Assembly: GCA_031266335.1 (NCBI GenBank)
Contig: JAISBF010000031.1
Location: 12,507 to 76,506 of the forward strand
Source: Verrucomicrobiales bacterium
Lineage (GTDB): Bacteria; Verrucomicrobiota; Verrucomicrobiia; Methylacidiphilales; JAAUTS01
Direction of reading: 5' to 3'
DNA: 64,000 nucleotides
A program made the position numbers and the translations under genes. The stretch's first letter is position 1; each line of letters opens with the position of its first letter. Under the pieces are notes generated by a model. It did no database searches. It was given only the letters and a program-made list of their open reading frames with translations, and was not told the DNA's origin. This document shows positions 38,114 through 46,464 of this stretch, in pieces.

Positions 38114-38776
38114 ATGGCTACGATGTATGAACGGAAAAGTCGTCTGAAGGTACGGCCACAAACTCGGTTGATTGCCTTGTTTGTCGCCGGCGCGACGGCA
38201 CGTGCGGCGGCAGCGTTAACCGGGGTGCAGGCCAACACGGCGATCCGCTTTTTCTGCGGTTTACGCAAATTGATTGCCAGTAAGTTACCCAGCCATGAGC
38301 TCTCCGGTGAAGTGGCGGCCGACGAGAGTTATTTTGGTGGCGTGCGCAAAGGTCACCGCAGTCGAGGTGCGGCCGGCAAGGTGGCCGTCTTTGGTCTGTT
38401 GAAGCGGCAAGGCAAGGTTTATACCGCCATCATTCCCAATGTTAAAACCGAGACGATCCTGCCGATCATCAAAGAGCAAGTCCGCCCCGACAGTATCGTC
38501 TATACCGATACCTTTGGCGCTTATAATGCGCTGGATGTTGCCACCTTCCGTCATGTGCGCATCAACCATTCCGAACGCTTTGCCCAGCAAGGTAACCATA
38601 TCAACGGTATTGAGAATTTTTGGAACCAAGCGAAACGCCATTTACGCCGCTTTAACGGCATTACAAAAGAATAGTTTTACTGGTTTTTGCAGGAGTGTGA
38701 ATGGCGCTTTAATTCAGGCAACCATAAATCCCTTCTTTACCAGCTTAAATACTGGTATAAAACCGCTAAACACTAG
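38114..38776 (+). pseudogene. IS1016-like transposase with an in-frame TAG at 38672-38674
   Basis: GEVAADESYFGGVRKGHRSRGAAGKVAVFGLLKRQGKVYTAIIPN...PDSIVYTDTFGAYNALDV...RINHSERFAQQGNHINGIENFWNQAKRHLRRFNGITKE*FYWFLQECEWRFNSGNHKSLLYQLKYWYKTAKH. The conserved C-terminal LxECEWRFN block continues in frame after the stop. Confidence 0.8.
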
Positions 38777-38778
38777 GC

Positions 38779-39636
38779 CTCAGAGCCTGTACATAATCTT
38801 GCTTCTGTGTACAGTGAGCCTGATGGAAATCATCAGTGGTCGGCAATATCCCAGTGACATCAGAAAAGAGCAATTTGCGGCAATTAAACCGTTATTGACA
38901 AGTGCGCGTAAAAGGACTCGGCCACGTGAGGTGGAGTTGTACGAAGTGTTTTGCGCCGTACTCTATGTGTTACGTAGCGGCTGCCAATGGCGGATGTTGC
39001 CTGATGGTTTCCCCAAGTGGCGCACGGTCTATGCCTACTGGCGAATTTGGCAACACGCCGACCACACCGAGCGCCTGTTGCAACAGGCCCTTAAAAAAAT
39101 CGGTTGGCGAGGCCCGCGTCAACCTTGGGCGCAAGGCCAGGCCCAGCCTGCTAATCGTTGACGCACAGAGCGTCAAGCACACCGACAGCGCCAGGCACAA
39201 GGGTTACGACGCCGGCAAAAAAGTCTCCGGCCTCAAACGTCATCTGCTGGTGGACACGCAAGGGTTGCCGCATGGCATTATGGTCACCCCCGCCGACTGC
39301 ACCGACCGGCAGGGCGCGGTGACACTGCGGCGCGGCCACCACGCCGACTTGCCGCAAACCCAGACTGGGCTGGCCGCCGGCGGTTACAGCGGCCAGCCGT
39401 TTGCCGCCGCTGTACGTCAGTGGCTGCCGCAGGCCAGGGTGCAAATCGTCAAACGCTCGGACTTGTCAACTTTTGTGGTGCTTCCCAAACGCTGGATTGT
39501 CGAACGCTCCTTTGCTTGGCTGGAGAAACACCGCCGCCACTGGAAAAATTGCGAACGCCGCCTCAACTCTTCTCGCCAATTCGTCATCCTCGCGCTCCTC
39601 GTTTTGCTCCTCAATAGATTATGAACAGGTTCTGAG
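38779..39636 (+). mobile_element. IS5-family insertion sequence, copy 2 (a different lineage from copy 1)
   Basis: Inverted repeats ctcagagcctgtacataatc (38779-38798) and gattatgaacaggttctgag (39617-39636) match at 18/20 positions. It encodes a DUF4096-type N-terminus plus a DDE_Tnp_1-type C-terminus. Confidence 0.75.
38824..39624 (+). pseudogene. IS5-family transposase split at an A7 run (39093-39099); a +1 shift or loss of one A is needed to fuse the frames
   Basis: The N-terminal part is MEIISGRQYPSDIRKEQFAAIKPLLTSARKRTRPREVELYEVFCAVLYVLRSGCQWRMLPDGFPKWRTVYAYWRIW...LKK. The C-terminal part, in the frame displaced by +1, is SVGEARVNLGRKARPSLLIVDAQSVKHTD...GYDAGKKVSGLKRHLLVDTQGLPHGIMVTPADCTDRQGA...VVLPKRWIVERSFAWLEKHRRHWKNCERR. 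Confidence 0.7.
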
Positions 39637-39711
39637 CTACTTCAGCCCCATCTTAAATTTCCAACCATCTTCAGCGGCCCAAAATTTTTTAAAAAATTTT
39701 TAAAAAACCAG

Positions 39712-39740
39712 TTGACATGATTTATCAGGTAGTTCAACAT
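39712..39740 (+). promoter_or_regulatory. putative sigma70-type promoter with a TTGACATGA box (LamG/CBM locus)
   Basis: TTGACA at 39712-39717, a 17-nt spacer, then CAACAT at 39735-39740. It is preceded by an A/T-rich UP-like tract (aaaattttttaaaaaatttttaaaaaa). The SD AAGGAG at 39755-39760 precedes the ATG at 39769. Confidence 0.45.
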
Positions 39741-39768
39741 AACCACATAAATGAAAAGGAGCAAATTA

Positions 39769-40587
39769 ATGAAATCAAGTCTAGCAATTGTTATGGCGGC
39801 GCTGTTACTGACGACGCAGCCTTGGAATCAAGCCGAAGCTACTGTGTTCATTGACCTGAATTTTTCCGGCGACACCGCGAAAAATTCCGGCGTGATGGGT
39901 GACGGCAATGTGGGGCTGCACGACGGCAGAGGCACTTTTTTGGGCGCGGGTACCGGCGCCTGGGAAAATGTCAACGCCACGGGCAATCCCGCCGGACGCG
40001 CTTACAAGACTGGGGCGGCTGTTTCGGGTTCGGGCACGGGCAACGGGACGATTTCCTGGGTTTCCGCCAAGCCCATGGAGGGGATCAAGACGCTCACGTT
40101 TTACGCGTGGCTCAAGCCGAGCGCGCTGATGGAGGGCGGACGGTTGTGGTCCTGGGGTTCCGGGCGCGCGAACGCTTTGATTCAGGTGGCGGGCGACGGC
40201 ACGATGCGGTTGAATACGGTGGTTAACAGTGAATTGGTGGGCAGCAGCCTGAGTTTCGGATTCGCTGATAGTAGCGTGTTAGGCAAGGAGGCAATCGGCA
40301 AGTGGTTGTTTGTCGGCGTGACCTATGACAGCGTGGCGGGCACGCTGACCGGGTATGCCGGACGGGCGGACGACGAGTATCTCGCCAGCGAGAGCAGGGA
40401 ATACTCGGCGGGGGCGCTTACCCAGGCCGCGGTGAGCGGGCTGACCCTGCTGAATTCGACGCCGTTGGCGACCAACAACCGGCCGTTTGCCGGTTCGCTC
40501 GGCGCTTTTTATCTCTCGGATGAAAAAGTGGATTTCAAGGCAATCTTCAACGCGCAGAAAACCGCTTTTAAGGCGGTATCAAAATAA
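39769..40587 (+). CDS. secreted LamG-like (concanavalin A-like lectin fold) protein lacking a C-terminal anchor
   Basis: Signal peptide MKSSLAIVMAALLLTTQPWNQAEA. LamG-like blocks LTFYAWLKPSALMEGGRLWSWG, KWLFVGVTYDSVAGTLTGY and RPFAGSLGAFYLSDE. The start at 39769 was chosen over 39751 because of the SD. Confidence 0.55.
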   Translation: MKSSLAIVMAALLLTTQPWNQAEATVFIDLNFSGDTAKNSGVMGDGNVGLHDGRGTFLGAGTGAWENVNATGNPAGRAYKTGAAVSGSGTGNGTISWVSAKPMEGIKTLTFYAWLKPSALMEGGRLWSWGSGRANALIQVAGDGTMRLNTVVNSELVGSSLSFGFADSSVLGKEAIGKWLFVGVTYDSVAGTLTGYAGRADDEYLASESREYSAGALTQAAVSGLTLLNSTPLATNNRPFAGSLGAFYLSDEKVDFKAIFNAQKTAFKAVSK

Positions 40588-40618
40588 CCCTGAAAAATGA
40601 AAGAAAGGCGAGGCTGAA

Positions 40619-41500
40619 ATGAAAACAAATATATTGGCGATAATGACGGCGCTGTTGTTGACGTCGCAACCTTGGAATCAGGCAAAGGCCACCGTGTTCA
40701 TTGACTTGGACCTTTCTGATCACACCACCAACACCGTTAAAAACGATGGCACATGGGGAAATGGAACGGTGGGGCTTCTAGTGAGTGGTTCTATAGTACC
40801 TGGTGCGGGCACTTGGGAAAATGTCAATGCAACAGGCGATCCCGCCGGATTAGCCTATAATACCGGGGCTACTGCCAGCACCGCTGATGGCGGGAAGATC
40901 TGGTGGAATAACGGCACTATAGCTACTACTGGTACCCTCACGTTTTACACGTGGATCAAGCCAAGCCAACTGATGGCGGGTGGTCGGGTGTTTGAGTCTT
41001 ATAATAATGGTACGAGTTTGAATGTCATAATTGAGCCTGTTAGTGACCATATGGCACTGAAGTTTACGATTAACGGTCAAAGTAGCGGTAATAGTATTAA
41101 TTTTGGGGCTACTGAAAGCAGTGTATTGGGGGATTTGGCAATCGACAATTGGCTGTTTGTCGGTGTGACTTATGACAAGACGAGCGGAGTGACTGCATTC
41201 GCTGGGCTGGCAACTGACGATGCGCTCGTCAATTTTACTAATAGTTATATGGTAGGAGATGTTTCACTGTCATCACAGCTGCTTACATTATTGGACAATA
41301 ATTATAACGGCTCTCGGCCGTTTCTCGGATCGCTTGGCGATTTTTACCTCTCGGATGAAGTGGTGGACTTTGAGTCTATTTTCGACTCGACAAAATATCT
41401 TTTCATCGCCGTCCCCGAAGTTTCCACCAGTCTCCTGATGCTCGCGGGTGGCGCGCTGCTGCTGGGCTTGCTGCATCGTCAGCGTCGCCGGGCTTCCTAA
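40619..41500 (+). CDS. secreted LamG-like protein with a PEP-CTERM sorting signal
   Basis: Paralog of the preceding gene (TALLLTSQPWNQAKATVFIDL..., LTFYTWIKPSQLMAGGRVF, NWLFVGVTYD, RPFLGSLGDFYLSDE). The C-terminus is VPEVSTSLLMLAGGALLLGLLHRQRRRAS, that is PE-, a TM helix and an Arg cluster. Confidence 0.65.
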   Translation: MKTNILAIMTALLLTSQPWNQAKATVFIDLDLSDHTTNTVKNDGTWGNGTVGLLVSGSIVPGAGTWENVNATGDPAGLAYNTGATASTADGGKIWWNNGTIATTGTLTFYTWIKPSQLMAGGRVFESYNNGTSLNVIIEPVSDHMALKFTINGQSSGNSINFGATESSVLGDLAIDNWLFVGVTYDKTSGVTAFAGLATDDALVNFTNSYMVGDVSLSSQLLTLLDNNYNGSRPFLGSLGDFYLSDEVVDFESIFDSTKYLFIAVPEVSTSLLMLAGGALLLGLLHRQRRRAS

Positions 41501-41525
41501 CGGATCTGGCGAAAGATACCCCTCC

Positions 41526-43028
41526 ATGAGCGCGCCATTCAAGGTCTTGTACAGCAACGACCTCACGCACATCGAAACCTGCGTCAGTCCCTATCACCGC
41601 CAGGGTGAAAAATTCAATCGCGACATGCTGGATGCCTCGGTGGATGAAACCGCTGACACTGGCATTGACGCGCATCTGCTGCAACCGGGCTTCGGCTGGA
41701 TGGCGCTCTGGCAAAGCCAGGTGCTGCCGCCCGCGCGGCACTGGGATTGGCTCAGGAACACATACGACATTCGGGAAGCGGATCACTATCTGGCATATGT
41801 GCTGAACGGGGGCGACATTGTCCGGGATTTCACCCGGCGCTGCCGCGAGAAAAACCTGGCGCCGTTCATCTCCTACCGCATGAATGACACGCATCATCTC
41901 GAAAAGTTGCACAGTAAACACGCTGACGGCGCGCAGCTCAATGTCAGCGAATTTTACCAACAGCATCCCGAATACATTCTGGAACCCGCCTCGAACTCCT
42001 GGCAGGACCGCGGCCAGAATTGGGCTATTCCAGAAGTCCGGGAGTACAAGTTTTCCTTCATTCGGGAGTTATGTGAAAATTACGACCTCGACGGCCTGGA
42101 ACTGGATTTCGTGCGCTATCCGCGATTGTTCCGCCTGCATGAGACGCCGCCGGAGCAGCGGGAAGCCATTCTCACCGAATTTGTCACCAGAGTGCGGACG
42201 CTGCTGGACGCCACGGCGCGGGGAACCAAGCGCTGGCTGTCGCTGCGCCTGCCGTTGCCCGCTGACATGCACGGCAAACTGGGGATTAATTTCGACCGGC
42301 TGGACGCTGCCGGTGTCGATATGTTTAATTTGTCCAGCTACTATTATACCGTACAAAATACAGATATATCTCTTATACGACAGGCAACTAAAAATACTTC
42401 TTTGTATCTGGAAATGACCAACTGTATTTCCGTCGGCGCCGCGGTTGACCAGGAGGATGGTGACAATTTTGAATTGCTGAACGCGACGGAAAATCAGCTG
42501 CGCACAACGGCGCAGGGCGCCTATGCCCGGGGCATTGACGGCATCAGCCTGTTCAACTTTGTGTACTACCGGAAACACGGTTCCGAAAAAAAGCAAACCG
42601 CTGTCAGTGAGCCGCCGTTCGGGGCCATCAAGCGGCTGCGGGAGCGCGAGGTCGCGCCCAACAGCGTCCGGCATTATTTCATCGGTTCGCATTGGCAGGA
42701 CGACGGCTCCCTCCCCAAAAGCATGTCCTTGTACGGCCAGTATGCCGCGCTGACCATGAACGTTGCCCCGTCCGGCGCTGACCATGCCGCCTTGTTCGCG
42801 CATGTGGACCATGCCGCGGCGGGCGATTGGGAGGCGTGGGTCAACGACCGGCCGGTGTTCCGCCACGATGCCGTGCCCTGTGAGTGGCGGACGCCGCGAC
42901 ATGCCGCAAAGGTGCTCGGTTGGCCGATTCCCGTGGCAATTTTGAATAACGGAGCGAATGAGATTGTGTTTCGCTCGAAGGACGCGGTGAAGTCGGTGCT
43001 TGATTTTGTGGAACTCATTGTCTGGTAG
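41526..43028 (+). CDS. hypothetical protein, possibly a TIM-barrel glycosyl-hydrolase-like protein
   Basis: 500-aa ORF starting at MSAPFKVLYSNDLTHI. The track start at 41448 overlaps the PEP-CTERM tail and was trimmed. It has an alternating beta/alpha-like pattern, but no signal peptide or diagnostic motif was recognised. Confidence 0.4.
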   Translation: MSAPFKVLYSNDLTHIETCVSPYHRQGEKFNRDMLDASVDETADTGIDAHLLQPGFGWMALWQSQVLPPARHWDWLRNTYDIREADHYLAYVLNGGDIVRDFTRRCREKNLAPFISYRMNDTHHLEKLHSKHADGAQLNVSEFYQQHPEYILEPASNSWQDRGQNWAIPEVREYKFSFIRELCENYDLDGLELDFVRYPRLFRLHETPPEQREAILTEFVTRVRTLLDATARGTKRWLSLRLPLPADMHGKLGINFDRLDAAGVDMFNLSSYYYTVQNTDISLIRQATKNTSLYLEMTNCISVGAAVDQEDGDNFELLNATENQLRTTAQGAYARGIDGISLFNFVYYRKHGSEKKQTAVSEPPFGAIKRLREREVAPNSVRHYFIGSHWQDDGSLPKSMSLYGQYAALTMNVAPSGADHAALFAHVDHAAAGDWEAWVNDRPVFRHDAVPCEWRTPRHAAKVLGWPIPVAILNNGANEIVFRSKDAVKSVLDFVELIVW

Positions 43029-43035
43029 TCCCGGC

Positions 43036-46000
43036 ATGAAAAAATTCGGTATGCGTAAAAAATCCCTGATCATGTTGTTTGGAGCGGCCTGCGCCGCTGT
43101 CACTGTGGTTCCGCCCGATGCCGTCGCCGCTGACGCTGGCGAGCTGTTCGGCAATTATCCGCCGCCGTATGCGAAACTGCAACCGGTCGGCGCGGCGGAC
43201 AAGCCGTATGGAACGGTTAATTTCTGGAAAACGGACCGGCTGGAGGTGCCGGTTTACTCGGGCAGCGGGAATATGCTGTTGAACCCGTCGTTCGAGGAAG
43301 GGTTTAAATATTACACGTTTCCGCCGGACATCGGCACCTATGAAAAAGGTTATGAGGAGAAATACTCCATCGACCAGACGGAGCATAAATTTGGCCGGGC
43401 TTCCTTGAAAATCAAGGCGCTGACGCTGACGGGCATCAGATCGTTCGATAACCTGCAATCGTTCGGTTATCCGGTCAAGGCGGGCACTGCGTATGTGCTG
43501 AGTTTTTACGCGAAAGCCAGCCAGCCGAACATTCGCCTCAGGGTGGGGCATTATTCCGAAAACACCAATGCCAAAGAGAAGGCCCCTAACGTCTCAAACG
43601 GCGAGTTTGCGCTCACGGACAGTTGGGAGCGGTATGTCATTACCGTCAAAGCCAATTCGAGCGGTTACTCCTTTAATCTGCAAATTCTGGACAACGTGGC
43701 GGGCGGGGCCGCGTGGGTGGATGGCCTCCAGTTTGAAGAAGGGGACAGCGCGACGGAATTTGCCGACCGGCCAGTGTCAGCGACGCTAGTCACCGCGGCG
43801 CCGGGCAATTTCCTGACGCCGGGCCAAAAAACGGACGGCACGCTGCTGGTGAAAACCGCCGTCCCCGCGCAAACCGGCGCGGTGGAAGTCATCGTCAGGG
43901 ATTTCTTCTACCATGAAACCAGCCTGGGAAAATTCGAGTTCACCACCGACGCTGACGGTGTGGCGAACATAAAATTGCCGCTGGACGATTTTGTGGCGCA
44001 CCGGACAGGCGTGTTCGTCGTGCGCACCCAGATCAAGCTCGCTGACGGACAAGCGTGGGTTGAGTATTCCCGCTTTTCGGTCATGCACAAGATGCAGGGC
44101 CGGCATCGGAACAAAAACATTTTTGCCTATCATCAACTGGTTATTCCAAATCAAGAGGCGGGCTTGCAACGCTGGCGGGACATCGGCCTGGGATCAGTCA
44201 ATTATTTCTTTTATAATTTCCATAACAAACTGTTGTTCGATCTGCTCAAAAAATATGACATCGAGGACACCGGCGCCCTGATGCGCCAGCATTGGGAAAA
44301 ATCCGGCCCGCGCTTCACGGGCAATACCATCGCCATCCAGGAACACGGGGCCGCCGACCCGAATCCCAGGGTGTTGGTGCAGGGAATGGTGGAATGGGAC
44401 AGCGTCAGCCCGGAGCGGGAACAGGCGGTGCAGTCCGCCGCCAGGGAATGGGCGCGGTATTATCACTGGCGGAAAAATTTCGCCTTCCATCAGGAAATCG
44501 AAAACAAGATGATGCTCAACGGCCGCTATGATGACCTGGCCAGGCTGTTGATCGCGTGCGCCAGGGGCGTGAAAGAAGCCTCCGCTGATAATCAAGCCTA
44601 TCTCGAAGGCGGCGCTGCCAATGTGAAAATGGGCACTTCCCTCGTGGATAATTTGCTGACCGCCAGTGAAAAAGTCGCGCCGGGCTTCAAGTTCGACCGC
44701 TTCGCGGTGCACGCTTACGGACACCCCGAAAACGAGGAAATGGAGGATTTGTTAAAAAACTTTTTGGCAGTGCTGGACCGGCACGGCTACGGCGACGCGC
44801 CGCTCTATATCAACGAAGGCGGGTATTACGCCCCGTTTTGCATCGAGGACTGGCGGCTGACGCCGTATCGGCCGTTCCTCATGGATCAATATCACTTGTG
44901 GGGCATCAGTTACGACATGGGTTGGGGCGAGCGAGTGTCAGCGGCCCTCAAGGCCAGGGCGTGGCTGCTGACCTTGAAACATCAGGACCGCATCAAGCAA
45001 TTCAACATGTGGCGACCGTTCATCTATCTGGATTGCGACTTGACGCCGCTGGCGGTGCAAAAAACGGTCAATACGCTGGCCCGGTTGTTTGGCAACGCCT
45101 CGTTCAAGCAGGAAGTATCCTTTGCTCCCAAAAGCAAGGCGTATGTGTTTGAGGACGACGACCAAATCCCCATCGCCGCGATTTGGGGATATGAGGACGC
45201 GGTGGAAACCGGCATGAAGTCGCCCCCGCTGCTGTCCATTCCGTTGAATGGCGGCATTGTCAGCGTGGTGGATCTCATGGAGAACACCATGCCGATTCCC
45301 GCGACGCAAACTTCCCTGAAGCTGCCGCTGACGCCGTTCCCGATTTTTCTCAAGGGCAATAAGGGCGGGCTAAAAAAGTTAGTCGATATCGTGGAAAACA
45401 TCTCGGTCGAAGACGCGAATTATCCCCCGATTCAACTGACGTCCCGCCTCAAAGACCGCGATACGCTGACGTTGCGGGTTAAAAATTTGCTGAATCGGAG
45501 TTTTGCCGGCGACTTGAGCGTGAGAAACGGGAGCGCGCCGGCAAAAGAGCAGCGTCTTGAAATTCCGGGCCTGACTGAAATTACCGTCGATGTCAAATTG
45601 CGCGCGCCGGTTGCAAACTCGCAAATCAACCGGGACTCCATCTCGTGGACGCTGACCGACTCAGGGAGTAATCGCTATTCCGGTATCATCGTGGAAGAAT
45701 CCTTCGGCATCCGCAAGGCCGCCGCCAAAATATCCCTGACTGGTAATTTGTCGGAATGGGACGGCATCCCGTATATTCCGATGACGAATCTCCGGGTGCG
45801 TTCCAAGGGCATCGAGAAGGATTTTCGCGTCAGTCCGGACGGAACCGCGGCCCCGGCGGAATTGCAGGCCAAGTTCAAGACGGCGTGGGACGACAAGTAT
45901 TTTTATCTGCTGGTCGATGTCACGGACCGCAAGCTGTTTGCCGGCGCCCGCATCACCAATCGGGCGGAAGTGACGGATTGCGACGTGATGATCGCCTACT

Positions 46001-46413
46001 TCGACACGTTGTGCGACGGCAAGGACCGGAACACGCTGCGGGTGGACAGCGACGATTATTACTACGCTTTCCTGCCGAAACCCGAGGAGGGGAAGGTGCT
46101 GGTCTATACCCAGGAGACGGCCAATCAGCAACTCGGCCTCGGAGTGAACGCGGTAAAGGCCAGAGCGCTGGTGACGGAAGTGCGGACGGTGTTCAAGCAA
46201 ACCGAGCAGGGATACTTTTACGAAGTCGCGTTTCCCAAATGGATGCTGCTGCCGTTGCAACTGCGCGAGGGGGCTACATTTGGCTTCGGGTTGCTGGTCA
46301 ACGATAAGAACGATGAGCAGGACGCGGGTCGCAGCCTGAATCTTTCCTATCCGCCGAAGTCTTCCTGCTGGCGGCGCGCCGACTTCTGGCCCCATGCCAT
46401 TCTGGAGAAATAA
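43036..46413 (+). CDS. large secreted carbohydrate-active protein: N-terminal CBM4_9-like domain, central putative catalytic region, C-terminal CBM9-like domain
   Basis: Signal peptide MKKFGMRKKSLIMLFGAACAAVTVVPPDAVA. A CBM_4_9-like block NPSFEEG...ASLKIKA...WERYVITVKA...WVDGLQFEEG. A CBM9-like block TAWDDKYFYLLVDVTDRKL...MIAYFD...GYFYEVAFP...GFGLLVNDKND. Confidence 0.55.
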   Translation: MKKFGMRKKSLIMLFGAACAAVTVVPPDAVAADAGELFGNYPPPYAKLQPVGAADKPYGTVNFWKTDRLEVPVYSGSGNMLLNPSFEEGFKYYTFPPDIGTYEKGYEEKYSIDQTEHKFGRASLKIKALTLTGIRSFDNLQSFGYPVKAGTAYVLSFYAKASQPNIRLRVGHYSENTNAKEKAPNVSNGEFALTDSWERYVITVKANSSGYSFNLQILDNVAGGAAWVDGLQFEEGDSATEFADRPVSATLVTAAPGNFLTPGQKTDGTLLVKTAVPAQTGAVEVIVRDFFYHETSLGKFEFTTDADGVANIKLPLDDFVAHRTGVFVVRTQIKLADGQAWVEYSRFSVMHKMQGRHRNKNIFAYHQLVIPNQEAGLQRWRDIGLGSVNYFFYNFHNKLLFDLLKKYDIEDTGALMRQHWEKSGPRFTGNTIAIQEHGAADPNPRVLVQGMVEWDSVSPEREQAVQSAAREWARYYHWRKNFAFHQEIENKMMLNGRYDDLARLLIACARGVKEASADNQAYLEGGAANVKMGTSLVDNLLTASEKVAPGFKFDRFAVHAYGHPENEEMEDLLKNFLAVLDRHGYGDAPLYINEGGYYAPFCIEDWRLTPYRPFLMDQYHLWGISYDMGWGERVSAALKARAWLLTLKHQDRIKQFNMWRPFIYLDCDLTPLAVQKTVNTLARLFGNASFKQEVSFAPKSKAYVFEDDDQIPIAAIWGYEDAVETGMKSPPLLSIPLNGGIVSVVDLMENTMPIPATQTSLKLPLTPFPIFLKGNKGGLKKLVDIVENISVEDANYPPIQLTSRLKDRDTLTLRVKNLLNRSFAGDLSVRNGSAPAKEQRLEIPGLTEITVDVKLRAPVANSQINRDSISWTLTDSGSNRYSGIIVEESFGIRKAAAKISLTGNLSEWDGIPYIPMTNLRVRSKGIEKDFRVSPDGTAAPAELQAKFKTAWDDKYFYLLVDVTDRKLFAGARITNRAEVTDCDVMIAYFDTLCDGKDRNTLRVDSDDYYYAFLPKPEEGKVLVYTQETANQQLGLGVNAVKARALVTEVRTVFKQTEQGYFYEVAFPKWMLLPLQLREGATFGFGLLVNDKNDEQDAGRSLNLSYPPKSSCWRRADFWPHAILEK

Positions 46414-46464
46414 AATGATTGCGGCGGTGATCACTCTTTTTTATGCACCAAAACCAAGCGGCTT

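Larger units (their letters stand above)
38085..39649 (+). mobile_element. IS1016-like (IS1595 family) insertion sequence, decayed and interrupted near its right end by IS5 copy 2
   Basis: Terminal inverted repeats ggggctaaagtagc (38085-38098) and gctacttcagcccc (39636-39649) match at 13/14 positions. Removing 38779-39636 leaves about 707 bp, the size expected for the IS1016 group. Confidence 0.7.

Noticed and set aside
38672-38674. TAG as a recoded sense codon (pyrrolysine or readthrough) in the IS1016-like transposase.
   Set aside because: Several neighbouring genes terminate at TAG, no pyl genes are seen, and the element is also disrupted by another IS. A nonsense mutation is simpler.
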